Assembly: GCF_009914755.1 (NCBI RefSeq)
Contig: NC_060947.1
Reading direction: 5' to 3' (one strand)
Length of the DNA: 64,000 bases
Origin: the human T2T-CHM13v2.0 reference genome, Homo sapiens
The notes under the pieces are model-generated. The model was not told where the DNA came from, did no database searches, and worked only from the letters and a program-made list of their open reading frames with translations. Of the stretch, positions 27,001 to 40,057 are shown piece by piece; positions within the stretch are counted from its first letter, which is position 1; each line of letters begins with the position of its first letter. Made by a program: the position numbers and the translations under genes.

Positions 27001-27889
27001 GCTGCTTCTTCTTGGGGGGGGCGGGGGCACACCCACGTCTCCATCTCAGGGGTTTTTGGAGGGGATTGCTGTTGATTACCTCACTGGTAAAAGATGCTAG
27101 TGTTCTTTCCAGCATAGGCAACTGAAGACCATGATGTCACCCATTGCCTGGCTGATGCTGACAGCCACTGGCCTATTTCTTTGTTCCTACTATCTCCAGA
27201 CATCTCAGGTATGCCAACTTCCCCAGGGATCTTTTCTGTGTCTTTACTCTTCATTTTATTGTATTGTTTCATTTTGCTTTTTTCTGTTTTTCTCCACTGT
27301 GTTGCTTCAAGTTCTTAAATTAACCCTTGATCCCTCCCAGGGCTATTATTCTTCATGAATAACTATTTGTTGCTTTCTGTAGATACTATGATTTGAATAT
27401 TGTGCCTTCCAAAACTCATGGTGAAAATTAATCCCCAATGTGACAGTGTCAAAAGGTCGGGCGTTTCATAGGTGATTGGTTTGTGAGGGTATTCCCCTCA
27501 CAAATGGATGAATCTATTCATCAGTTAATTACTAGGTCATCATGGGAAGGCAACTGGTGTCTTTATAAGAAAGGAAAGAGAGAACTGAGCTAACATGTTA
27601 GCACACTCAGCTCCCTTGCCATGTGATGCCCTGAACTGCCCTGTACCACCTTGGGACTGTACAGAGAGTCCCCACCAGCAAGAAAGCTCTCCCAAGATGT
27701 TGCTCCTCAATCGTTGAACTTCTCAAGTGAAACTTGGACTTCTCAGTCTCCATAACTATAAGAGATAAATGTCATCTTCTTTATAAATAACCCAGTCTCC
27801 TCTATTCTGCTATAAGCAATATAAAACAGACTATGACAGTGGGGGCTGAAAGGCTTGTCTACTACTTCACCACCTTGCTGATAACACCC
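24050..27889 (-). mobile_element. Rearranged full-span L1MA-type element (internal deletions, inverted segment 26263-26580)
   Basis: 3'UTR to 24428 joins directly to mid-ORF2. 5' terminus ctacttcaccaccttgctgataacac. Candidate TSD tcaa(c/t)tgagtt at 24037-24047 and 27892-27902. Confidence 0.78.
27384..27838 (+). mobile_element. MSTC/MSTD-type solo LTR in the L1 5'UTR
   Basis: tactatgatttgaatattgtgccttccaaaactcatg...aatccccaatgtgacagtg...tataagcaatataaaacagactatgaca. Confidence 0.85.
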
Positions 27890-29770
27890 TATCAATTGAG
27901 TTTTTAAATACATTTGTAAAACTCATGGAAAATGATCAATAGTATTGAAAGCCAAGTTTTTTTCTGATTTTGTAGGATCTATATTAAGACTTTGGAGATA
28001 TAAAATGCATTATTATGGTAACAGCAGCCTGAATGTAAATACAAACATTTGAAAGATTACAAAATTATGTGGATAACATTTATGTTATAAAAATGAGTGA
28101 GGAAAGAATTCATGATTATATTATACTCTTTTACCATCTCCAAAAGAGATATGTTTGATGCTAACGCAGGAGTTTAGAGTAATAGTGTTAGAAGACACTG
28201 AGTATCTCTAATAAGGGATCCTGTGTTCCCCACACTCACTCCAGGTAGAGGGACAATGTGAAGGAAACACCAGATAAGTTGGAGGGTACTCTCTAAAGTA
28301 GAAGCAACCTTTGTCTAGCTGTTCATGTTGTCAACTGAGAATATAGTTAGACATGCATTCAGCATGGTGCTGGGACTCTCAACCAACAATGGTGAGTGAA
28401 AGTCAAAGTAGATAGACCTAAAGGTAGGCTCACTGAGTTATATGTACCTTGTTATAGAGCTTTGTAAAATTCCTATACTTCAGGTGAGTGCAGGGAAAGT
28501 TGAAATAAGGCAGGCCAAGGAGATGTATATTAGTGGTTTGGATAAGGAGGACACATAGTGCAAAGACTATCATCAACCAGAGGCCACAGTGGGTCCAGGA
28601 TTATCACAGTAAATGCCAGTTGAAGTGGATGGCAAAAAAACAATAGCAATTAGCTACAGCTTAATTTAATGATAGCAAAGGTTATAGGACATGCATGAAG
28701 CTGGGGTCCATACTACTTATTTACATGGCAAGACAATATGGAATCCTCCAAACTCCACCCTATTTTTTATTGGGAATGGAACAAAACAATAGATATTCCA
28801 GAGTTTGTGTAATTTAAACAACAAAAACTAAAGTACAAGCAATTTTGAAATTATATTACCATGTGGATCCGTTGGTGGTGGTTCTCTTGTGTTGTGTGTA
28901 TATAGCTGATCTTTCAAAAATGTATTTTGAATAACTTTAGACTCATACAGAAAATTTGTAAAAATAGTAGAGTTCCCATACATTCTTCACCCTGTTTCTC
29001 CTATTAACATCTTACATAACCATGGTGAATTTATAAAAACTAAGAAAATAACATTTATACAGTATTGTTACATAAACTACAAACTTGCTTCAGGTTTAAC
29101 AAGTTTTTCCATTATTTTTTTTTTCCAGTTCCAGGATCTAATCCTAAATACTACATTGTGTTAAGTCGCCATGCTTTCTTAATCTCCTTCAAGCTGCAAA
29201 AATTCTTTGGTATTTACTTGTCTTTTATGTCTCAATAATTCTGAAGTGTACTGGTCAGTGTATTTCTAGAAATAGGTTTTCTCTACTAGGTTTTCCCTCA
29301 AATAGGTTTTCTCTAATGTTTTCTCATGATTAGACTGAAGTGGTGCAATATTTGGAAGAAAACCACAGAGGTCGTGTTTTGCTTTTCTCACTGAATTATA
29401 TTGGGATCACAGGATGTCTCTATTTCTCGTTACTGGTAACATTAATCTTAATCACTCAGTTAAGGTAGTGTCTGAGAGCTTACTCTACCATAAATTTACT
29501 ATTGTTCTCCTGTTAGTAATAAATATTTTGGAAAAGGTATTTTGAGACTATTCATATGTGCTTATTTTCTGTAAATTTTTGTCCACTAATTTTAATGTGC
29601 TTCAGTAGATCTTGCCAAAAACAATTATTACTGTGGTGTTCTAATGGTAATTTTTTATTATCATTTTTCATCCATATCTATTAATTATAATTTTCTATAA
29701 AAAAGACATTATATTATTCTGTGGCTAACAATATTATTCTTGTTTATTTTATTATTTAAATTATTCCATT

Positions 29771-30293
29771 TGTGGTATAAGGCTTAAAATTAATAATTAA
29801 CATTATGTGCTGCTTTGACATCTGCTGAAATCTGGATGGCCTCAAATGGCCAAACTGCAAGTTCTCCTCCACACTCTGTTCCCATAGATATTTTCCCTAG
29901 CCAAACAATCCTTTTTATAATGGGAACAATGTACCACTGCTGTTTATCCCTAGGTAGCAAGTTTTAGTATTTTGTGAGCCAGTGGATTTGTGCAGACAAG
30001 CTAATCACATGTTTGTGCAAGAACCAGGGGCCATGCCACCCTTTTGATACTACAAAGTCTGATTTACACAGCCCTTGCTTTTTCACTATGTTCCCAGGTG
30101 CACCACACCTGTGTCGTTGCATGTCATGCAGTGTTCTATTCCCCTACTCCCCAGGGTGGTGAGTATATGTGACTAACAAACTGTTCTCAATCTCATCTGA
30201 CCAGTAATGTGTGTCATGTGTTCAGTCATTCCCTTAATCCTGAGGCAAGAAATCCCTCTCTCATGATGAGATGAAGAGAAGGTGATACAAACA
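29771..30293 (+). mobile_element. ERVL-class solo LTR (MER74/MER54/LTR53 group)
   Basis: TG...CA ends; tgtggtataaggcttaaaatt...tgtgctgctttgacatctg...ggcctcaaatggcc. Same family as 41363-42148. Confidence 0.65.
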
Positions 30294-30311
30294 TCATAAG
30301 TTATTGGGAAT

Positions 30312-30671
30312 TGCTATGGTCTGAATGTTTGCCTCCCTTCAAAATTCTTGTTGAACCCTAATCCTCACTTTGGTGGTAATAAGAGGCGGGGCCTCTCGAA
30401 GGCAATTTGGTCATAAGGGCTTTGTCCTCATGAATGAAGTTAGCACCCTCATAAAAGAGGCTTGAGTACACCTTTCACCCCCTTCTACATGGGAAGATGC
30501 AGCAACAAGACACTATGTTTGAAGCAGAGAACAAGCACTCACCTAGCAGTGGATCTGCTGATGCCTTGATCTTGGTCTTTCCAGCCTCTAGAATTGTTTG
30601 CAAAACATTTGTTGTTTATAAATTGCCTAATCTAAGGTATCTTGTTATAGCAAACTGAACAGACTAAGACA
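30312..30671 (+). mobile_element. MLT1A0-like solo LTR
   Basis: tgctatggtctgaatgtttg...gccttgatcttggtctttccagcctctagaa...gttatagcaaactgaacagactaagaca. Confidence 0.9.
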
Positions 30672-30693
30672 GCAGTTGTTTCAAATTGTTTTT

Positions 30694-31110
30694 TGATACA
30701 GTTTGAATTTGTGTACTCACCCAAATCTCATATTGAAATGTGATTACCAATGTTGGAGGTGGGACCTAGTGGGTGGTGATTGGCTAATGGGGGCTGATTT
30801 CTCATGAATGGCTTAGCACCATCTCTAGGTACTCTCCTCACAATAATGAGTGAGTTCTCCTGAGATCTGGCTGTTTGAAAGTGTGTAGCATCCCACCCCC
30901 GCCCTTGCTCCTGCTTTCACCATGTGAAGTACCTCATTTTTCTTCAGTTTCTACCATGATTGTAAGCTTCAGGGGCCTCCCCAGAAGCCAAGTGATGTCA
31001 GCACCATGCTTGTACAGCTTGCAGAACCAGGAAACAATTAAACCTCTTTTATTTATGAATTATCTAGTCTCAGATATTTCTTTACAGCAACATGAGAATG
31101 GACTAACACA
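30694..31110 (+). mobile_element. MSTB/MSTA solo LTR
   Basis: tgatacagtttgaatttgtgtactcacccaaatctcatattgaaatgtga...gagaatggactaacaca. Confidence 0.9.
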
Positions 31111-32049
31111 GTTTCTTTAACCTTTTGACATGAGAAAGTGGTTAATTCTTTGGCTGGGACAGAGAAAATACAAGATGCACCTGGAGCATCTTGTGGCATC
31201 AGATGGTAAGGAAGTGCTCTTTTATATTTTGTAAAAGAGAAACAAAATCATAGTTGTTTTTTCTCCACAGGCTGTTGCATAGTTTCCACAGTTTCAGCCC
31301 TAGTAAATATGTGTTCACTCAAATTATTTTCTATATTCCCTTATTAATGGTAATTCTCAAAGAACTTTTGTAACAATCATACTGAGTCCTACCTTCCAGT
31401 AATGTGCCAGACTTTTTCACTGCATAGAGTCTACTAGTCCTTGTGTTTACAGCACATTAGTAATTTCCTGTGTGTGTTTCATTACCGTGATTGATTTTAC
31501 AATATGTTGCTATACAATGAAAAGACTTGCTCCTTGGTAAGTCACATGAAGTCATTTATAGTAATCCTCATTTAACTAGCTATAAACTTTTCAAATACAG
31601 TCTGCAGGAAGCTGGAATTTGCAGCAGAAAACAAGAGAATGTAAATATTCCTACTTCAAAAACGCATGTCTGAAACTTTCAAACAAAAGAAAGAAGCTAC
31701 AGAAAATACCTTGAGTAACCTGACATTTACTAATTTCATCCAAAAGGGCATCAAATCATGGAGGGTCTTTCAAGCCTTAAACAAGTGCGTTTGCTTTTTG
31801 GCTTGTTTATTTTTGTTTTAGCTGGGGCTTCAGATGGATGAGATGTATACCTAAATATGAAATTTCATTGCATAAATGGATAATAATACATTATATGCAG
31901 TGACTATTATCTAGTAAAATATAACATAAAACATTAAGTTGGTTTGGATGGTCAGGTTACAGGCATGATTATTTTGTTTAACGAGATTTAATAATAAAAT
32001 TATGTTAATTTTAAAAATAAAATTATATGTTATTAAATAAATGTGATTG

Positions 32050-32480
32050 AAAAATACAGACATAGAAAAAAGAATACATGAAATCAAAGTTGTGTCCTTA
32101 AAGCTGTTACCATAGAAAAATACACATTTTTCAACAATTATGCTATAGCTTCAAGATTCTTTTAGAAATTCTTCTTGAAAAATGTCTTTAGAGTAAGTTT
32201 ACAAGCCACTTAAACGAAAAATAGATCACTGTTTTAATAGTCACAATCTGTTTTTTTAATCAAAATCATATTCTCAGGCTTAATAATCCACTTTACTCAC
32301 AACTTTGGCTCCAAATTTTTGCTATTGCTAGAAATAAAATTGAAGCACAAAAAATGTGATACCACTTAATCTATTCAAACTACCTGGGGAAGCACCCATA
32401 AGTAATTTCAGCTAGTTTCTGAGACATTCCAACTTTTACTTACCATCTGGTATATAACAATTTGCATACCATTGTTTCCC
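32050..32480 (+). mobile_element. Ancient mariner-derived DNA element (MARNA-like)
   Basis: aatccactttactcacaactttggctccaaatttttgctattgctagaaataaaa resembles a decayed mariner (H)PPYSPDLAP..F.LF..LK coding segment. Confidence 0.45.
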
Positions 32481-32621
32481 AAATCATACTTTTTTTTTTT
32501 TTACTTTTTTTACATTGAGAAGAAAAGATTAGACCATTTTCCTTTTTAATATATAAAGGTAACAAAGTGGTTTACATTCATTTTTCCAGAATATGAATTT
32601 ATTAAAACTGATATAGTAATT

Positions 32622-32803
32622 GATTTCTTCACAAGACATCTATCTTCCCTCAACCTTTAACAAATTGTTTGACACATAGTGTGTGTTGAATAGATGTTTA
32701 TCTAAAAAGCAGTAATTTAGTAATCTAAAAAGCAGGATTTCTTCACATCTATCTTCCCTCAACCTTTAACACACTGACACATAGCGTGTGTTGAATAGAT
32801 GTA
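32622..32803. repeat. Local ~70-bp direct duplication
   Basis: gatttcttcaca...tctatcttccctcaacctttaaca...tgacacatag(t/c)gtgtgttgaatagatgt occurs twice, separated by two copies of tctaaaaagcag. Confidence 0.9.
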
Positions 32804-34085
32804 TATATACATATATATGTATATGTATATGCATATATATGTATATATACACATATACGTATGTGTATATATACATGTATCTACATAAGTATGTGTATAT
32901 GTGCATGTACGTACATACGTATGTCTATGTGCATGTATGTACATATGTATATGTGTCTGTGCATGAATGTACATATGTATATGTCTATGTGCATGTATAT
33001 ATGTATATGTGTATATATGTATATATGTGTATGTACATGCGTATATATGTATATATACATGTGTATATATGAATATGTCTATATGTATATATACATATGT
33101 ATATGTGTATATATGTATACATATGTACATATGTGTACATATGTATATATGTGTACATATGTATATATGTGTACATATGTATATATACATATATGTATAT
33201 ATATGGGTATATGTACATATGTGCATCTATAAACATGTACATACATGTATATGTATAGTTGTACACATGTACATATGTACATACATACACATGTGCATAT
33301 GCATATACATACATATGTGCATGTGCACGTGCACATACATACATATATGTACGTATATGTATGTGCATATGCACATGCATACATATATGTACGTATATGT
33401 ATGTGCATATGTACATATGCATATATGTACATATGTATGTATGTACATGTGTATATACACATATATACATATGTATACACACATATACATATGTATATAC
33501 ACACATATATACATATGTGTATACACACATATACATATATGTATATCTATACATATACATATATGTATATCTACACATATATAGGTATATATGTATATGT
33601 GCATATGTGTGTATATACATGCATGTATGTGCATATGCACATATACATATATATGTGCATATGCACATATACGTACATATGTATGTACGTGCATATGCAC
33701 ATATACACATACGTACATATATGTATGCATGTGCATATGCACATACATATACGTACATATATGTATGCATGTGCATATGCACATACATATACGTACATAT
33801 ATGTATGTATGTGCACGTGCACATGCACATATGTATGTATATGCATATGCACATGCACATATGCATGTATATGCATATGCACATGTGTATGTATGTACAT
33901 ATGTACATGTGTACAACTACACATATACATGTATGTACATGTTTATAGATGCACATATGTACATATACCCATATGTACATATACAGTATATGTACATATA
34001 GGTACACATATGTATATATACGTATATGTACATATGTTTATGTACGTATATGTACATATGTATATGTATCATTAATTTATATATC
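32800..34085. repeat. ~1.3-kb compound (TA/CA/TG)n alternating purine-pyrimidine microsatellite with an internal inverted repeat
   Basis: Direct reading; it produces stop-free Y/I/C/M/H/T/V ORFs in most frames. Confidence 0.97.
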
Positions 34086-34099
34086 TATGTTGTCTTTTA

Positions 34100-35130
34100 T
34101 ATCCTGAATTTTTATGTATTTATTTATATTGTTTTTCAACTTTCTCGAGGATCTCATTCAGCTACCTTTCAGTTCATATTTTGAATTATTTATCTGTCAT
34201 GTCAGAATTTTCAGTGTGGTTAGGATCCATTGTTACAGAGCTACTAGATCCTTTGGAGATATCAAAACACTCTCTTTGTACCACTCGAGTTCTTACACTG
34301 ATTTCTTCTCATTTGAAGAAGCTTTCACTTATTTTTGAGATTGCTTTCATTTGTATAATTTTTTATTTTTTAATTTTCATTATTCTTTTCTCCACTGAGG
34401 TTCCAACTGTACTATATATTGTATATAATCATTTGGCTTCATTTTTGCATGTTTTCATGGGGCCAAGCTTCTGTGTGAATTCCTTGGTTATAGATTGCTT
34501 TTGTGCTGTGGCTTTCTCAAATGCTGCTTGTTGTAGCAAGTTATTGGATATATGAGCCAACTTACTGTCTTCTGTAAGGCTATGAGCACAGAGGTCTCAG
34601 GATAGTTAATTCATATCCTAGCACTATGCCCTTCTACCCACATGGTTTTTTCTGTGTGTGTGTAGTACAATTTTTTTGTGTGGTACTTAAGTGCCACAGT
34701 CCAGCAGGTGGCACTTAAAAGTAACAGCCAGCTCACCCTTGGCTACTGTGATAATGAATGGAAACACCCGTCTTGACTGGAGTGACTGGGAGACTTTGTA
34801 ATTGGATACTCTCAGGTCTGAGGTGTGGTGCAGAGGGTTCTGCACCAACTCCTTGTTTTGGGCAGGCAGGAATGTAATTCACTTTATTATCATGCCCCTA
34901 TCACAAGGCTCAGGACTTTCAGTCCAGATAGACATTATGGTTCATCTTCAGGCCACATTTTGATTGACATCCATGGTATACACCCATGTGGTGGCTAGCA
35001 ATGAAATGCTCTCAGGGTGGAACGTCTTCCCTTAGCTCGAAACAGGCAGTTCTGTGGTTTTTCTACACTCAACTGCAGGGATGCTGCACTCTGTATAGGG
35101 AGGGGTTGATGAACCCACCCCTCATACAAG
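34100..35130 (-). mobile_element. L1 (L1PA15-16/L1PREC2-like) ORF1 start and part of 5'UTR
   Basis: ttttgaattatttatctgtcatgtcagaattttcagtgtggttaggatccattgttacagagctactagatcctttggag is antisense L1 ORF1. Confidence 0.7.
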
Positions 35131-35154
35131 TTTTGATACTTTTAGTAAGGGAGT

Positions 35155-35283
35155 TGCTGAATTGAAATCTTTTTTTATTATTCACCAGTTAGTTTATTTA
35201 CCATGTAGTTAAAACTTGCTGAATTGAAATCGTTCTTTTTTTATTATTCATCAGTTAGTTTATTTACTATGTAGTTAAAAACT
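35155..35283. repeat. Tandem duplication, two copies of ~63 bp
   Basis: tgctgaattgaaatc..ttttttattattca(c/t)cagttagtttattta(cc/ct)atgtagttaaaact occurs twice. Confidence 0.9.
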
Positions 35284-35299
35284 ATTTTATACTCTTTTT

Positions 35300-35700
35300 T
35301 GTTTCCTTATTTTAAATTCTTATTTTAGGTTTGGGAGAAATTTACATATTGGTTATATAGGTAAACTTGGGTTATAAATGTTTCTTGTATAGATTATTTT
35401 GTCATCCAGGTACTAAGCTTGGTACCCAATAGTTATTTTTTGTGCTCCTCTCCCTTCTCCCTTTCTCCACCCTTAAGTAGGCCCCATTGTCTCCTTTTCC
35501 CTTCTTTGTCTTCATGAGCTCTCTTCATTTAGCTCCTACTTATAAGTGAGAACGTGCAGTCTTTGGTTTTCTGTTCCTGTGTTTGTTTGCTGAGAATGAT
35601 GGCCTCCAACTCCATCTAGCTTCCTGCAAAAGAAATAATCTTATTTTTTATGGCTGCATAGTATTCCATGGGGTATATGTGGTGTATATGTAAAATATTT
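35300..35700 (-). mobile_element. L1PA13-15-like 3'UTR
   Basis: ggttatataggtaaactt...agattattttgtcatccaggtactaagcttggtacccaatagtta...tttagctcctacttataagtgagaac. Confidence 0.85.
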
Positions 35701-37487
<1,787 letters not shown>

Positions 37488-38158
37488 GCTAAATTCTTTT
37501 CCTAGCAAGGAATATTAATATTAATACCCTGGGAAAGGAATGGATTCCTGGGGGAGGTCTATAAATGGCTGCTCTGGGAATGTCTGTCTTATGCGGTTGA
37601 GATAAGGACTGAGATACACCCTGTTCTCCTGCAGTACCCTCAGGCTTACTAGGGTTGTGAAACTCCACCCTGGTAAATTTGTGGTCAGACCGGTTCTCTG
37701 CTCTTGAACACTGTTTTCTGTTGTTTAAGATGTTTATCAAGACAATACATGCACCGCTGAACATAGACCCTTATTAGTAGTTCTGCTTTTGCCCTTTGAC
37801 TTGTGATCTTTGTTGGACCCTTATGAGTAGTTCTGCTTTTTCCCTTTGTCCTGTTCCCTCAGAAGCATGTGATCTTTGTTAGACCTTTATTAGTAGTTCT
37901 GGTTTTTGCCATTTGAAGCATGTGATCTTTGCACCTACTCCCTGTTCTTACACCCCCTCCCCTTTTGAAACCCTTAAAAAAACTTGCTGGTTTTGAGGCT
38001 CAGGCAGGCATCATGGTCCTACAGATATGTGATGTCACCCCCAGCGGCCCAGTCGTAAAATTCCTCTCTTTGTACTGTCTCTCTTTATTTCTCAGCCAGC
38101 TGACACTTATGGGAAATAGAACCTATGTTGAAATATTGGGGGGCGTGTTCCCCCAATA
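37488..38158 (+). mobile_element. MER11A-like LTR (HERV-K11/HML-8), 5' part missing
   Basis: ctaaattcttttcctagcaaggaatatt..., three ~50-60-bp gacccttattagtagttctg repeats, and the terminus gttgaaatattggggg...ttcccccaata. Confidence 0.9.
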
Positions 38159-38189
38159 ATTAGATAATATAATTATTAATCTATTATAT

Positions 38190-40057
38190 TACATAATATA
38201 AATGAGTCAATTTAGAAAGAGGATATAACAATTTAAAATATATACGCACCCAACACTGGAGCACCCAGATATACAAGGCAGATATTATTAGAGCTAAAGA
38301 GAGAGATAGACCCCAATACAATAATGGCGGGAGGCTTCAATACCACACTTTCAGTATTGGACACTTCTAGATAGAAATCTAGAAGAAGCCGACAGATTCC
38401 TTAACATCCACAACCTACCAAGATTGAACCAGAAAAAAATCCAAAACCTGAAGAGACCAATATAAAGTAAGGAGATTGAAGCCATAATAAAAAGTTTCCC
38501 AGTAAAGGAAAGCCCAGGACTTGATGGTTTCTCTGATGAATTCTACCAGGCATTTATAGAAGAATTCATACCAATCTTACTAAAGCTGTTTCAAAAACAG
38601 ACGAAAAGATTACACTTCCAAACTCATTGTATTAGGTCAGTATTACCCTGATACCAAAATCAGACTAAGACACTTAAAAAAAAGAAACATAGAAGCCAAT
38701 ATTTAATGAATATTAATGTGAAAAATCCTCAGCACAGTACTAACAAACCAAATTCTGCAAGACATTACAAAGATTATTCATCATAACCAAGTTGGATTTA
38801 TCCCTGGGATGAAAGGATGGTTCAACATTTGCAAATTAATCAATGTGATATATCATATCAACAGAATTTAGAATAAAAATTATATGATCATTTCAATTGA
38901 TTCTGAAAAGCATTTGATAAAATTCAACATCCCTTTATAATAAAATCCCTCAAAGAACTGGGTATAAGAGGGACATTCCTCTGCATAATAAAAGCCATAT
39001 ATGTCAGACCCACAGCAAGTATCATACTAAATGGGAAAATACCGAAAAGGTTTACTCTAATATTTAGAACATGACATAGATGCCCTCTTTCACTAATGTT
39101 ATTCAACAGAGTACTATAATTCAGAGCCAGAGCTGTTAGACAAGAGACAGAAATAAAGGTCTTTCAAATTGGAATGGAAGAGGTCACATTAGCCTTGTTT
39201 GTAGATGATATAATCTTATATTTGGAAAAAAAATCTAAAGCCTATACAAAAACATTATTCAAACTGCAAACACATTCAGTAAAGTTGCATATACAAAATC
39301 AACATACAAATCTCAGTATAATTTTTCAACAGTGAACAATCTGACAAATAAATATAAATGTGATTCTATATAAAATAGCCACAAATAAAAATAAATATAT
39401 AGGAGTTACCTTAACCAAGAAGTAAAAAACTCCATAATGAAAACCCTAAAACACTAATTAAAAAAGATAACTAAAAACTAGAAATATATTTCATATTCTT
39501 GGATTAGAAGAATCAATATTGTTAAAATATCCGTACTACCCAAAGCAATCTACAGATTCAGTGCAACCCTTATCTAAATACCAATGACATTCTTCACAGA
39601 AATAGAACAAAACTATCCTAAGATTTATATGGAACCACAAAAGACACAGAATAGCCAAAGCTATCCTAAATAAAATGGACAAAACTGAAGGAATCCCAAT
39701 ACCTGACTTCAAGTCATACCACAGAACTATAGTAAACAAAACAGCATGCTACTGGGATAAAAACAGACACATAGACAAATGGAACAGAACAGAGCACCCA
39801 GAAACAAATTCACACACTTACAATGTACTAATTTTTGACAAATGTGCCAAGAACATACACTGGGGAAAAGACAGTCTCTTCCATAAATGGTGCTCAGAAA
39901 ACAGGATGGCCATATGTAGATGAGTGAAACTAGACCCCCATCTATTGCTATATACAAAAATAAATTAACATGGATTAAAGCCTTAAATCTAAGACCTAAA
40001 CTATGAAACTATTACAAGAAAACTTTGGGGGAAATCTCCAAGACATTGGTCTGGGTA
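38190..40057 (+). mobile_element. L1MA/L1PB ORF2 fragment with an internal deletion near 38375
   Basis: aatatatacgcacccaacactggagcacccagatat ([12 protein letters not shown]); jumps to aaatctagaagaa (NLEE); continues to ctccaagacattggtctggg. Confidence 0.88.

Larger units (their letters stand above)
28915..31219 (-). mobile_element. L1MC4/5-type 3' region interrupted by three LTRs
   Basis: ttttgaataactttagactcatacag...agagttcccatac...aacatcttacataaccatggt...ttccaggatctaatcc; resumes at ttttgacatg after the LTRs. Confidence 0.75.

Noticed and set aside
32759-34075. Many overlapping long ORFs (up to 340 aa) rich in Y/I/C/M/H/T/V
   Set aside because: Artefact of RY alternation, which cannot form stop codons; not genes.
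37764-37930. Repeat-spacer-like pattern resembling a CRISPR array
   Set aside because: Known MER11 internal tandem repeats in eukaryotic DNA; the spacers are not unique and there are no cas genes.
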